Made by a program: the position numbers and the translations under genes. A stretch of DNA of 64,000 nucleotides from Takakia lepidozioides. Its lineage: Eukaryota; Plantae; Bryophyta. The first letter of the stretch is position 1. Each line of letters opens with the position of its first letter. Under the pieces are notes generated by a model. The model worked only from the letters and a program-made list of their open reading frames with translations, searched no databases and had not been told where the DNA came from. The DNA is taken from NCBI GenBank assembly GCA_030704615.1, contig CM060731.1, positions 18,724,001 through 18,788,000 of the forward strand, in the 5' to 3' direction. Of this stretch, positions 37,065 to 50,356 are shown one piece after another.

Positions 37065-40000
37065 GCCAAGCAAGCAGCATAGAACGGCTTTGGCAGGAGT
37101 TCATTTCAGATCCTTTGCAGTGGTGGGACAATAGGTCTGACAAGGTGAGACCATTGCTATGATGAACCAATCATTTTTCATTCCTAAGGTGAAAGGGACG
37201 TTGCTCTGTTTCCTGATTGAATCTGTCTGATGCATTATCTTGGTAGAAAAGAAAGGTTTCAGTTGTTCTATTGATGACATTCTTTTCTGTCACAGCTGTC
37301 ACAGTGGTTCTCATTATTGGATCAGTCGATGGGTAATCCACGCCAGCATTGATGTTGGTATTTTCAAAGTTGTGGCCCATTCTTGAAGCGATGCCTGTGG
37401 AGCCTTGGTGGTGGTAAACGAGGTTGGGGTTGAACCTATGGCTGCTCAGCTGCCCAACTCATTCTTTACACAGAGAAGTCCAAGATCACCAGATTTCAGA
37501 CATAAGCGGACAAATGAGGTCCTTTGGATTGAGGGTTGGTCGAACTCTCCTTGGGTGACAGCAGAGCTGGCTGCCATGATAGAAGGTCAACTGCAATCTA
37601 GTAATTTTTTTATTATTGGAATGGATCATGGAGGTGGAGCTCGAGCTTTTAACAGGTATTGTTCTGATGATTATTCACATGTTCAAATTCAAACAGATAG
37701 AATAGGAACACTACCATCTCAGAGTAGATGGCTGAATATTTTTGGAGCACTGTCAATGTGTAGCCAGAAATCTGCCCTTGTAGAAAGTCCTTCTGTTGCA
37801 GTATGGAGGAACTTGGATATGGATTATATCAGTGGGACAGTCTCTAAGTAAGAGCTTTGAGTCATGCAGGTCACAGTTGAATGAGGTACATTTGTTTGTT
37901 GGACATCAGACAGGCGGCAGCGGTATCACTTCAACTCCTTTTGAAAGGGGACCAAAAGAGGGAGTCGACAAGAACTCTACTGGCCTTTGTGAGGATGTGA
38001 GGACACTCTGTAGGGCAGGAAAACTGAAAGAGGCGCTGTATATTTTGAACCAATCAGGCATTCAAGCAGACTTCAATAGCTATGTGTGTCTGTTGCAGGG
38101 GTGTACCAGGACAAAGAATGTAGCTCAGGGAAAGCAGGTGCATGCCCACATAATCCAGAGTGGATTCAAGCCAAATGTCTTTCTACTAAACATCCTTATC
38201 AACATGTATGCCAAGTGTGGGAGGCTGGTGGATGCACGCCAAGTTTTTGACAAAATGCCTGAAAGATCTTTGTTTACGTGGACTATAATGATAGCAGGAT
38301 ATGCAAAGCATAGCCGGGGTAGGGAGGCTTTGAAGCTGTATGAGCAAATGCAATGGGAAAGAGTGATGCCTGACAGGATCATTTGCATTTGCCTTCTCAA
38401 TGTGTGTTCCAGCCTAGGAGCCCTGGAAAAGGGCAAAGAAGTTCATGATGCCATAAACAAAGCTGGAATCGTATCATCTATTGACTTGGAGACTACCCTC
38501 GCTGACATGTATGCCAAATGCGGGAGCATGAAGGATGCCTGTCAAGTGTTCAACAATATGGCTGAACGAAATGTGGTGTCGTGGAATGTCATGGTTGCAG
38601 GATATGCCCGAAATGGCTGTGGTAGGGAGGCTTTGGAGTTCTATGAGCAAATGCAACAGGAAAGGGTGACTCCCAACAGGATCACTTTCACTTGCGTTCT
38701 TAAAGCATGTGCTAGTCTTCGTGCCTTGGGAAAGGGAAGAGAGGTCCTTGATGACATCAACAAAAGTGGAATTGTGTTGGATATCATATTGGAGACTGCA
38801 ATTGTTGACATGTATGCTAAATGTGGAAATATGAAGGACGCACATCAAGTGTTTGAAAATATGGCTAAACGAAATGTGGTCTCATGGAATACCATAATTG
38901 CAGGATATGCTCACCATGGGAGTGGCAGGGATGCTCTTGAGATGTATGAGCAAATGGGACGGGAAGGGGTGACACCTGACAGGGTCACATTCATTTGTGT
39001 TCTCAATGCTTGTGCAAGCCTAGGAGCCCTGAAAATGGGGAAGGAGGTCCATGCTGACATCAAAAAAGCTGGAATCGCCTCAGATGTTAATTTGGAGACT
39101 GCCCTTGTTGACATGTACGCGAAATGTGGGACCATGAAGGATGCACGTCATGTATTCAAGCATATGGCTCACCTGGATATCGTGTCATGGAATGCCATGA
39201 TTGCAGGATATTCTCAGAATGGGAGTGGCAGGGAGGCTTTTGAGATCTACTACCAAATGCAACGTGAAGGGGTGATGCCCAACAAGGTCACCTTCATTTG
39301 CTTTCTCAATGCATGTGTCAGCCTAAGAGCCCTGGATAAGGGCAAAGAGGTCCATGCTGACATAATCAAAGCGGGAATTGCATCAACTAATTTGGAGACT
39401 TCCCTGGTTGACATGTATGCCAAATGTGGAAGCATAAAGGATGCACGTAAAGTGTTTGATAATATGACTGTACGAGATGTAGTCTCATGGAACACCATGA
39501 TAGCAGGATATGCCCAGCATGGATGTGGTAGGGAGGCTATTGAAATTTATGAACAAATGCAAGGGGAAGGGATGACACCCGATACGGTCACATTTACTAC
39601 TGTTCTGAATGCTTGTGCCAGCTTAGGAGCCCTTGAGAAGGGTAAAGAGGTTCATGCTGACTTCATCAAATCTGGATGTGGGTCAGATGTTAATTTGGAC
39701 ACTGCCCTCGCTGACATGTACGCCAAATGTGGGAGCATGAAGGATGCCTGTCAGGTATTTGATAATATGGCTGAACGAAATGTGGTCTCATGGAATGCCA
39801 TGATCACAGGATATTCTCAACTTGGATGTGATAGGGAGGCTTTGGAGATTTATGAGCAAATGCAACAGGAAGGGATGACACCTGACATAGTCACATACAT
39901 TTGCATTCTCAATGCATGTGCCAGCCTAGGAGTCCTGCGAAAGGGCAAAGATGTACATGCTGACATTGTGAAAGTTGGAATTGTGTCACATATGCACATG

Positions 40001-41008
40001 GAGACTGCTCTTGTTGACATGTATGCTAAATGTGGGAGCATGAAGGATGCGCGGCAAGTATTCGGCAGTATGGATGAACGAGATGTGGTTTCATGGAGTG
40101 CCATGATTGCAGGATGTGCCCAGCATGGGCATGGTAGAGAGGCCCAGCAACTTTTTGAACAAATGCAACAGGAAGGCTTGAAGCCAAACAGCATCACCTT
40201 TTTATCTCTTCTCTCTGCCTGCAGTCATGCAGGCCTAGTGGAAGAAGGCCATCAATACTTTCATTCTTTGAGTCAAGATCATGGCCTCACTCCTACAATT
40301 AAGCATTTTGGTTGCATGGTGGACATTCTTGGTCGTGGAGGGCGTTTAGACGAGGCAGAGAACTTCATCAACAGAATGCCTATTCCACCAGATGGCAGGG
40401 TGTGGAGACCCTTGCTTGGGGCCTGCAGAATGCATGGTGATGTGGAGATAGCTGAACGCACAGCCAATGCCATCCTCAAGAGTGATCCACTGCACCCTGC
40501 AGCTTATGTGCTCCTTTCAGACATCTATGCTGCAGTTGGCAGGTGGGAAGACAGAGCTATGATTAGGAAAATGATGGAGGACAGAGGTGTCAGAAACGAG
40601 CAAGGTCATAGCTGCATTGAAGTTGGAAACCAGTTGCATACATTCCTTGTAGATGACAAATTGCATCCACAAATTGAGGAAATCCATGCTGAGCTGAGGA
40701 GATTGGCTGGGCAGTTGAAGGTAGCCGGGTATGTGCCTGACACAAGCTTTGTATGGCATGATTTGGAGGAGGAGCAAAAGCAACTTTTTCTCTGGCATCA
40801 TAGTGAGAAGCTAGCAATCGCCTTTGGGCTCATCAGCACGCCAGCTGGGATGCCTATCCATGTCATCAAGAACCATAGGGTGTGTGGGGACTGCCACACT
40901 GCCACCAAGTTCATATCGAAGATTGTGGGGCGACCAGTTGTTGTGCGGGATGCCAATCGTTTTCATCACTTTCAAGACGGGGTTTGTTCTTGTGCAGATT
41001 ACTGGTGA
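37065..41008 (+). CDS. PLS-class PPR protein with E1/E2/DYW deaminase domain (organellar C-to-U editing factor) and N-terminal OSB-type PDF motif; upstream transit-peptide exons (about 36198-36973) uncertain
   Basis: More than 20 P/L/S repeats (DMYAKCG, VVSWNAMIAGY), HSEKLA...CGDCH...HHF...CSCADYW. Exon 37065-37144 splices to 37474. A 4-bp duplication near 37846-37853 shifts the frame before the PPR tract. Confidence 0.93.
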
Positions 41009-43596
41009 AACAAGCAACAATCGTGCACTATTTGAAAAGTATGAGGGCTCTAAAGGAGATTATTTATATGATAGTATTACTGGAAGCAGGAGTAAAGAAA
41101 TGATTTGGCTGTTGATGTGATGGTCATAATCTATGTATTGAAAGAATGTAACAACAGATGAGAAGAAAATCGTCAGAGTTGTGACCAAGAAAGGTTGAAC
41201 TCGAAACATTCATGAAGACGGGTACTGGTGTGCGTTGTTTTTCTTTGGATTGACCCAGGGAATGTCCAGTATGTTGGTCCCTGTCCCTCCTATTTACTGG
41301 AAGAGCTGGAGACCCAGGCAGTGTCTACATCACCAGAATCCCAATTGAGGGAGTTGAGCTCCCAATTTCGCACTCATAGATTGGTCAAAGAATCTTTGGT
41401 ATTCTTCACTCAAATTGAACCAGCCACAGATTGAAGCGGACGCCCTCAGATGGCGTGAAGTGAAGCTTGAAGGGCCCAATGGTGTTCCTTGCACGTTACT
41501 GAATCAGACATCACCTTCTGCATCTTCATGATGGCAAGCAACTCCTGTACAGCGTTCCGAATAACAGAGATGTGAGGCCCCCTGAAAATTTGTGAAATCA
41601 TCAATCTTGTTCTTCAAACTGGGAGTTGAATATACTGCCCATCTGTGCATTCCAGAACCAGAGGATTTTTTTTTTCCTTCCCTGGGAGAACCTCTAGGAG
41701 CCATGGAGGCTTTAACAACCGAACCACCCGAGTGTCATAAGTCACAACCGAACACCACAAAAACAGACGAATTGCGAACGAAAGCTCACCAAACAAAAAG
41801 AAAACTTAAAATGCTAATTCTCACAAGTAGTCCTGTTCTCCCTCTTCCTCTTGAGAAAGAAGAAGAGGCACAGGGATGACAGCGAGCTTTTGTATACTCT
41901 TCCCCGCGCTCAGATAGAATCTTTGTGTTAACGGGGTGGGAGGCGTCACAAATTGACCGGCCAGTCTGTAAGTCTGAAGTGGGAACCACACTTTGCAATG
42001 CCTGGTTCGAGATCTCTGCAATTGATCGCTATGGGTATGGACGTATGGACTCGCAAGTCTGTGCGTACTTTACTGGGACTTTGCAACAGCTGACCGGACT
42101 TGGTCCAGGCGTGCAGGCTCCGTCTCGTCCTTGACCCAGGGAACTGCACCCAGTTTGGCAGTCGACTGTTATTATGGCTGTATCACGGCAACTTTAGTTT
42201 ATCTCATCTCACCATCGGAGTGTGTCTGTGTGCGTCTCTAGTGGTTCGCAGCGGAGGGGTTTCAGAGAGCGTTGTTCTTTTCCACCTTCTACAGGTGTGC
42301 CAAACATCCTAACGTCTAGCGGGAAACATGTGGGCGGCCTGTCTAAGCTTGAACATTATCTTTGCAAGACAAGGCTCAAATATGCACGTTCTTAGACCAA
42401 TGTCAAGGAGGACGCATAGATAGGGTCTGCAATTACACGTCTTACGAAATGATCAGTGCACATGTCTGGTCGCGGGCGATCAACTGGGCCCCCCGATGCT
42501 CCCAGACATGAGGAGGCTAGTGGGCTCTACAATGTTCCAACTTGATCGTAAGGATGGTTTTGTAAAGAGATTTGACCGTCGCATGACTGTCGACACAAAG
42601 CTCATTGGGTTCAACTGGAACATCCAGCAAACCATTACTGTGCATGCGTTACAACGTTACAACACACTAGACTGAGGCAGCAGAAGCATTGTCACATCTC
42701 CGGACAAGAGCTGTGCCGAAAGTGATGAGAGTACGCTGCACTGCCCCACCAGCTATCCTTTACGTTTTATATATGTACAGTGGACGGCTGCCGTCCCGAC
42801 CGACAGCTGCACGGGGCGGTGGAGGTGGGGGTCGGCATGGCAGTCGCTGACTCATTACTCATTACCACTCTCACAGACAAATCAAACAAGACGAGTCTTC
42901 CTCTTTGTCAGGATGGCCATGATTGCCTTGTGCTAGGCTAACTGCTAACCTTCCACATCAATCTTGGGATCATTGCACATTGATATGTTGCACTTGCAGT
43001 CGATTAGGCTAACGGCATATCGGATCTTTGCCCATTTGTTCCAAATTAGAATCAACTCGAGGCTGGCTTACCAAATCAATGATGAGCTGCGGGCCGCGGC
43101 TATACACAACAGTGCGTGCATTCAACACTCCATGTGCACACTAAATGCCCCCATCACACTTGCCCTTACTTATTAAACGTGCTTTTAATACTGTGGAGAA
43201 GGTACACATTAGTACACTACATACACGCATTCAACAGAACATAACTCTGCTTCTCACGCATCATCAGTGATCTATCCTCATCATCCACCATCGAACACGC
43301 TAGATTATGAGCTGTAAAACCCAAGTATACCCAGCGAAAACTCGAAGAAGGAAGTTTGGGAAATCTTCTAATCGTATATGCCGGCCAAGACACAACTTAC
43401 AAGGATGATGGTTGGTGATCGATCAGGCCTGCCAAGCTTGGCTCCCAGTCTCGCACGATGCATTGGATTGCGCTCCACTTCTCAAATGGGGGCACGCCAC
43501 GGCGCTGGTCAGAGAGGGATCCAGCGACAAGTGTTGGTTCAACGGAGGGCTCAGTGTGCGAAAAGTGCCCTATTGCCTGAATGCACACGTGTTAGG

Positions 43597-43768
43597 CACG
43601 TGTGCGGGACCCGACAACCTGCGGGGTCGCCCGACTCGCGGTTGGTCCCCTGCGGTCGATCCTCTGCAGTTGGTCCGTTCGAGGTCGGGGGATCGACCGC
43701 GGAGGACCAACCGCGGGCGGAGGTTCCCCGGAGATGACCCCGCAGGGGGGTCGGTCCATACGCACGTG
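43597..43768. repeat. GC-rich imperfect palindrome (MITE-like)
   Basis: CACGTG..CCTGCGGGGTC..CGCGGTTGGTCC..CGGTCGATCC is mirrored by GGATCGACCG..GGACCAACCGCG..GACCCCGCAGG..CACGTG. Confidence 0.65.
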
Positions 43769-44529
43769 TGGATTCAAGACGCAGTAGAATTTTAGACAGC
43801 GCGGGAGGGGGTGTCGTTTTGCGGCTCCCGAGGAAGAAAGTAGGATGGTGTTTGTGAGATGGGGATCTCGATAATAAAGTACGGCAGTTGCCTTGCAGAT
43901 GGGATCGCAGTAAAGAGAGACAGCAAAGAACAGGTTGATGATGGCGGGTAAGGCATCCATGATTCATCTCTCGCAGCGATGTCTGTGAGGCTTTCCTGGG
44001 AACAGGAATGGTCTGGTCATCCAATCGGAGGAGAGGCTTGCAAGGCAAAATGGCACATCTGCTCCCAATCGCAGACTGCAGTGTGTATGTGCATAGGCGC
44101 AGGGGTGGGCCCTCTGCTGTGAACTGGAGAGCAGTAAACTTGTCATCTTCTTCATATATTTGTGTGTAACTGCGGTTTTCGAAGGATTCAATCATCGTAA
44201 TAACTGGCGTCTTGTTATACCCGCTATGTGTGGCGACATAGTAGTTAGCTGTGGACGGGATTCTCCTCTGCTAGCATTTTATATGCAAGTTCTCTGTTTC
44301 TCCAGGAGATTCTCAGCCTGCCTTTTGCTCCCCACGGCTTTGTGAGACGACGCAAATGGTGTAAGAGAGCTACCCAGATGGGTTGCATAGAGCATATATC
44401 TGACCTTCCGGTCAGCTGTTGTTTCTGCATATGCTATTGCGGGACAGCTGGCTTGTGGCTGTGAGCTGTGAGAGAGACTCTCACTCTGTTTCCCGGCGGT
44501 GTACTGACGGAGCGTTGACAGAGAAAGTA

Positions 44530-46673
44530 ATGGTGGGCTTATTTGGGACGATATTGGGGAAATCGGCACATCGCTCACCACGCTTGCTGGTCTCTCTCTT
44601 TTTCCTTCTCTGCTGCTCGTTGTCTGTGTGAGCTGGTTTTGGGTATTGTTGCCACAAGTCTATTGCTAGCAGGATCCAATGAACACACCTATCTGCCTGT
44701 GTCTATTTTGCAATTGGGATCAATGGTCACAACACTGTGGCGAGCACAACTTATTGACTACATCTATATTTTGTAGAGATTGTTCGCATCGACGATTGTC
44801 TTTCCCATTGGCCCTCAGGACGTTTGATAAATATACCTGAGGCAATGCAGACGTAGGCACCCACCAGATGGGCATCTCCCTGCTGTTGTTAGTGACGGCA
44901 AGTGGATGGTTTGAAGTGACATAGAACCATATGTACAGTCTTTTTCCAATTCGCTTGGTTGCAGAGCAGCTTTTCAGGCCTTCCACCAATCAGTTTTCAC
45001 TTTGACGCTTGACTCTTGCAGCCCTGTTACTTGGGCGTTCTTTGGATCTCAGGGAGATTTATGTGACTGTCTCACCATTATTCCAGATAGAAGTCCATGA
45101 GCGGCAATACTCTGAATTGAGCTGTTATTTATTTCACGAGTAAGATGCATACTGGTAGGATAAGTTCGTGTTCATCTTTGCGAAAGTGAGGCTGGTTTAG
45201 ATGCTGTACTCCGCGAGTAAACTACAAAAGCAGCGTTAAGGCTGTGCAGCACTGACCGATGCATGAGTTCAGATCTCTTCGTGGGCACCAAGAAACCCAT
45301 GATCGCGAATGTGCGACGTGTTACATGTTACCGATAGCACTCCTCCGATTGTGTGCCATATTGGTGTAAGAGATTTGTTTGTTCACGAAAATAGGCTGGG
45401 AGGCTGGAGGGTTAGACAGTCGCAAAGTGCCAATGTACATGATATTATTGGACATTTTCAATTCTAAGCCAGATAGTAAACAGAAGAACAACGTCTCTAC
45501 AGTAAAGCATAAAGTGAAGTCTTTGGCTTTGGGATGGGTCATCTCCTAATTTGGAAGATAGTCACTTGCTTTTGCTCATTTTGGAATTTTACCTCTTCCA
45601 GTGGACTATCAGTTTCAGCGCATGTCATATTGCCTCCTTGGACTTCCTCTAACAAATACATTTGGTCATTGATTAAGATCAGAATTTCTTTTTCAACAAC
45701 CCAATGATGGACAAACACTGGAGGAAGGTAGAGAGGGCGTGTTGAGCAGTGTTTAGGATTTGTTTGCAGGAAGGGAAGGGGCAAGGTTATGAGGGAGGCA
45801 AGGAGAGGGTCACAATTACTGTAACACCTAATGGTGTGGAGCTCAGAGAGAAATTTGTGCCAGTAGAGCATCCCTTAGAACCTCCAGATGTTGACCAGCC
45901 TGTGCGGTGCCCACGACCAGAGCCAGGCATCATGCATGTATGTAATGTAACTTCTCTCTCTCTCTTCTAATCTGTTTTCATGCTTTTCATGCTTTGACAG
46001 AGCTAAGGTTACACTCTTATTATGAACAGGCTCTGTTTGTTTCTCACTGCAGGTGATATCCCATCAAAATAAGTAGAGAGGGGAGGATTTTATTTTCTGT
46101 ACTGGGAGGCCCAAGGACCCCTAGAGTGAGAAAGAGATGGTAGAGACACTTGACTGTTCCCTGTGATTTGAGCTATGATGGAGGGCACAATCACTACAGG
46201 ATAGCAACTCATGGAGCCAGTCATGGGGTTTGATTCCACCAAGATATGAAACTCATACTGAAATTAGTGCTCCAGAGAGGGACATAGTGACATGTTTATT
46301 AGATGACAGATGTGGCCTACTTCACAGAACAATGGAAAATTTGTGCTGACAACTAATGTCATTTGTGTTATTCAAAGCACAAGGCACAGTGGGGAAGACA
46401 TCATCCATTTCAACTTCAGTTTCTTGCTGTTTGTGGGTGTGACCACTACTAATGGACAGACTTTACTGACTGCAGGATGGGAGGATATGGAAGAAGAGAC
46501 TGGCAGCAAGTGCCAGACAGAGGGTTGAATTTATCAGTACCATGCGAGATAATGATCATACCCTGTTCTATAGCAATGTTCCTCATCGTCAATGCCGTGG
46601 CCCTTCCGGCGAGACATTTTTGCTTCCAGCGCACAGTGCTCCTGGACATGTATTGCACAAATCTTTGGAATAA
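44530..46673 (+). CDS. Small conserved land-plant protein of unknown function (EHPxEPPDxDxPVxCP family), 3 exons
   Basis: Phase-0 exons 44530-44589 (MVGLFG...), 45770-45937 (FVPVEHPLEPPDVDQPVRCP) and 46476-46673 (DGRIWKK...LPAHSAPGH); GT-AG borders. Confidence 0.75.
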
Positions 46674-47574
46674 GATGCATCATGTTGTCGTTGATGGTGT
46701 AGGGTTTTGGTTGTGAATATTTGTGTATGAGAAATATACGATACGATGCTAGCGATATAGTGCAGTCGATGTCATTTATCCCCACTAGTCAGGAGCAACA
46801 ATGCACTGAGGCATAGGCAGTTTTGCTTTAACAAGGATAGGTTGAAGTTAGGACAGATGTGTTGCCAAGTATAATAGCTGACTTTCAAGAAATCGATGAA
46901 CTGAGATTGATTGAATAGGTAAGTGCGGTCTTTGATTGTTATGGTTGTGTTAGGAGTGTGCTTAGGCCCTTCAGCTTTAGCACTGTTTATTGCCCTTTAA
47001 ACATCTGTTCTGTACATGCAGGTTGAGAGTGGGGAGGAGCTGCTGACACACGGTAGTACCCACAGTTGTGGAGTAGAGGCACAAACGGCCCTCAAACAAT
47101 GTCAGAGGCCAAGAGATACAGAGAGACATGTGCAGGGCTATCCACAGCTTGTGGAGTACCAGCATGGAAACATGTAAGAGACTGATTGTGGTTTATTCCC
47201 TGAGCACATCGGCATGTTTTTTACCCTTTGGGGCATAGTGCCCAAGATAAGAGCTTGAGTGAGAGAGAGATGAGGGTGTGGGGATCAACATTTTTGCAGA
47301 TTACTTTCTTTCTATGACCCTATGGCTTGCCAGACATGCATGTGACCTTGTGAGATTACACAGAGGAAGGCAGACACATGGATGGAGTAAATTGACTTAT
47401 CATCGATGCCTACCTACAAAGAGCAACCTCCCATCCAACTGCAGATAAAATTCCACATCAGGGTCACCACCATTCATTTATATTTGGCCCCCATACTCGG
47501 AGTGTCCATGTATGCTGTCATTCTAGGTCAGTGCAAATGTAGGAAAATGGACTCCTTTGAATAAGAGCCAAGTT

Positions 47575-47636
47575 GTTCTCCTCTCTCTATCAAGGGGCCT
47601 GATTTGTGAGCTGTTGCTCCCAGGTGTTTCCCTTTC
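47575..47636 (+). repeat. SINE-like tail copy that is the empty target site of YR element 1
   Basis: AAGGGGCCTGATTTGTGAGCTGTTGCTCCCAGGTGTTTCCCTT joins the sequences at 1973-1988 and 4822-4848. Confidence 0.8.
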
Positions 47637-50163
47637 TAAATTTTTTTTAAAAAATAAAAATAAAAAATTGCTTATCTTTCATATGTAAGCGTGGAGTTCT
47701 CTTCTGTTCTTTAATAGGTGATATGCATGGCTTGCCATGGCAAGCAGTTCTTATTTACTTTGGCTTCAGCCAGACTCATCTCTTCTCTGAGCAAAGTTGT
47801 CTTTTTGGCTTTCCCTAGGAGTATGTACCCCTCATGAGCATCCACACAAAGAGACTGGAGGGCGTGTCCTCTGAAACCTAGTTGTCTAGTAGGATTCTGT
47901 GTTCACACGGTTCCACAAGGTGACCTAAATCTTTTTTCACCAATTGCTATGAGTGTTAAATATGCTTAAAATCCACTTTGAGGTAATGGGAGATGCACAG
48001 ACGGATGCCTATTATGTCTGAATGATGTTACTGCTTTGCTTTGTACTTGTAAAGATTGTGGGGTAAATTGGGTCTTGTCATATAAGCCCCCCAAGTTTGT
48101 GTGGGCCTGTCCATTAGAGGGTGGTTGAGGAATTAAAAAGCGGGGGTTATAGTAAGCTACACCAGGATTTGAATTAATAATCATCATGCAAGGGTGTAAA
48201 AAAAAGGGAGGTAAGAAGGCCACACCTATTAAATGGGGGATAGTTTAGGCACCAAATTATACGCGTGCAACGTGGTGGTTTCTAGGGATGACATGCAGCC
48301 ATCTAGAAGGGTCCCACCGCTTGAGGGGGTGTGCGGGCTTCTAGAAGGGTCCTTGAGAGGGTATATAAAGGAGAGCCGGGCTCTCTTCCCCTGCCTCTTA
48401 CTACTTAAAAAGTTACTACTTATTGAATTAGTACCTAGGGGGCTCTGCAAAACGCAAACAAGAACCATAGATGTATTAATTAATTGTGTTCCTTATGTGT
48501 TTCATGGGAGGATGATTGAAGATATCCAGCATCTTATTACATGAATTATTGACGCACAAATCCTACAAACACTCAAATTCCGATATGCCCAATACATGGG
48601 CCACCAGCGCAAACACATCTTCTGGCCACATCTGTTCCCATCCCCATACTACCCGTTATGTGCAACCACCCACCAAGCTCGTGACACTTGGCCACATCTC
48701 CTCAGCCAATGTACACACCCAGTTATACATAGCTTGCATATCACGCGTCATAACCAGGCAGTCTGACACCTCCACAAGCTATTTCTAAAACGTACTGAAC
48801 CCGTTGGTTCTCGCTCATGAATGCAGGCACCTACCAGGGACGGCCACCCGACCACACAGTACCACCGTAGCTACTACCATGTATATGTACCCGATCACCA
48901 TGCTCATGCCCTGCTCGACTTTGCCCGGACATACTCCTCGTCCAAGGTCTACCTATCAACACTTTACCCCCTACCTCACCATCCCCACAACTCACCATCC
49001 ATTTCATTGAATTCACATTTTGCCATGATCGTTATCCAAACGATTCAATCTTAGAAAAACGTCAAAAATATGCCCCGCTTATCTTTGCACTCCGAAGGCG
49101 TGGCTGGAAAACCGGCCCGTTAACTGTCATCACAGCCGGCACTCGAGGTGGTATTCATAACGCCAGTATCACGGACATACACAATAACTTCCAAATTCCC
49201 ATCCACAAAAGTTTCAAAGAAATCCATCTCACGGCACTCCGTTCACTCATAGCTATTATCACCAACAAACACCAACTAGAATCCGACACTTCAAACGCAC
49301 CTTAGGTCCCCCAGGATACCCCTGGGTACCCAGGGGTACCCTCGCCCCCTCTATCCTTAGCGGTCACCTGGTGTCCTCTGGGCACTTTTTGTTATAGGGC
49401 CCACCCCCGAAAGGGGGCAGTAGCCGCAAGGCGAAGTGGCTCTTAGTTACGCCGGCCTCGGCCGGAGTCTTCTCTCTCTCTCATGAATTATTGACCTTCT
49501 AGAACAGACTACTATGTACCCCAACTCATTTGGCCAATTTGGGAAGGTCAGGCAACCCGACACTGTGGGAACAGCCAATCAGTGGGGCCGCGGGAGGCTT
49601 GGAGAGGAGGGAAATGGCTCGACAGGGTGCAGACATCTGTACGCCTAGGCTAGCATAGAAGTAAGAGGGTCGATAGGAGGTAGACAGCTGTACGGTTTTT
49701 TTTTTAATACGACATGGGATGGGGCGGTGGGTCCAAGACATGCACCTTTACGCCCTCCTTCTACTTCTAGAAGGCTCCACCACCACCTCCAAAGACTATA
49801 TAAGGAGGGTAAGGGGTACATATTTTGTTAGGTTTCTTCCGCCTCCTTTTGGTGGGCTCAAAGAAGATAATAGGAATAATGCAAGAACTTAATGCAACCT
49901 CTGACATGATGGTACGTCGGTTTTCGGCATGTCAAATCTTCCCCATCCTCTCTTGAGAATGACATGGAATGAAGGAGTGTCAACTCCAATCAGGGTTATA
50001 CGACGAGGTGTGTAACTCCATTTGGGGTTACATTGGGTTACACGAGGTGTGTAACTCCACTCAGGGTTACACAGAAGTATAAAATGGACTAACCAGAGTT
50101 ACATGAGAAACTGGGGTTAAAGAGGGTTACACCAATTGGAGGGTTACATCAACCGGGGTTAAA

Positions 50164-50340
50164 GTTGACAACCAACATGTAGCCCAGTGGTAAGGGGCAC
50201 ATACCACGTTGGATGTGGTTGTGGGTTCAAACCACCGTCTGGTGTGTCATGAAGGTGTCCACCTTCTTGCTGGAAGGCAGTAGCCTTTCGGGGTCAAGTG
50301 ACACCATAAGTTACACTCCCTTCGGAAGGCGTCATATTTT
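50164..50340 (+). mobile_element. tRNA-derived SINE
   Basis: TAGCCCAGTGG A-box, GGTTCAAACC B-box; homologous to 1447-1605. Confidence 0.7.
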
Positions 50341-50356
50341 ACTTTATTAATTAATA

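Noticed and set aside
41200-43400. Short ORFs and possible exon-like pieces downstream of the PPR gene
   Set aside because: No recognisable domain or consistent splice model.
49396-49470. Hammerhead or hairpin ribozyme
   Set aside because: The three-way topology is similar, but the CUGANGA/GAAA core is absent (CAGUA/GAAG instead), and I could not find the hairpin-ribozyme loop A/B consensus.
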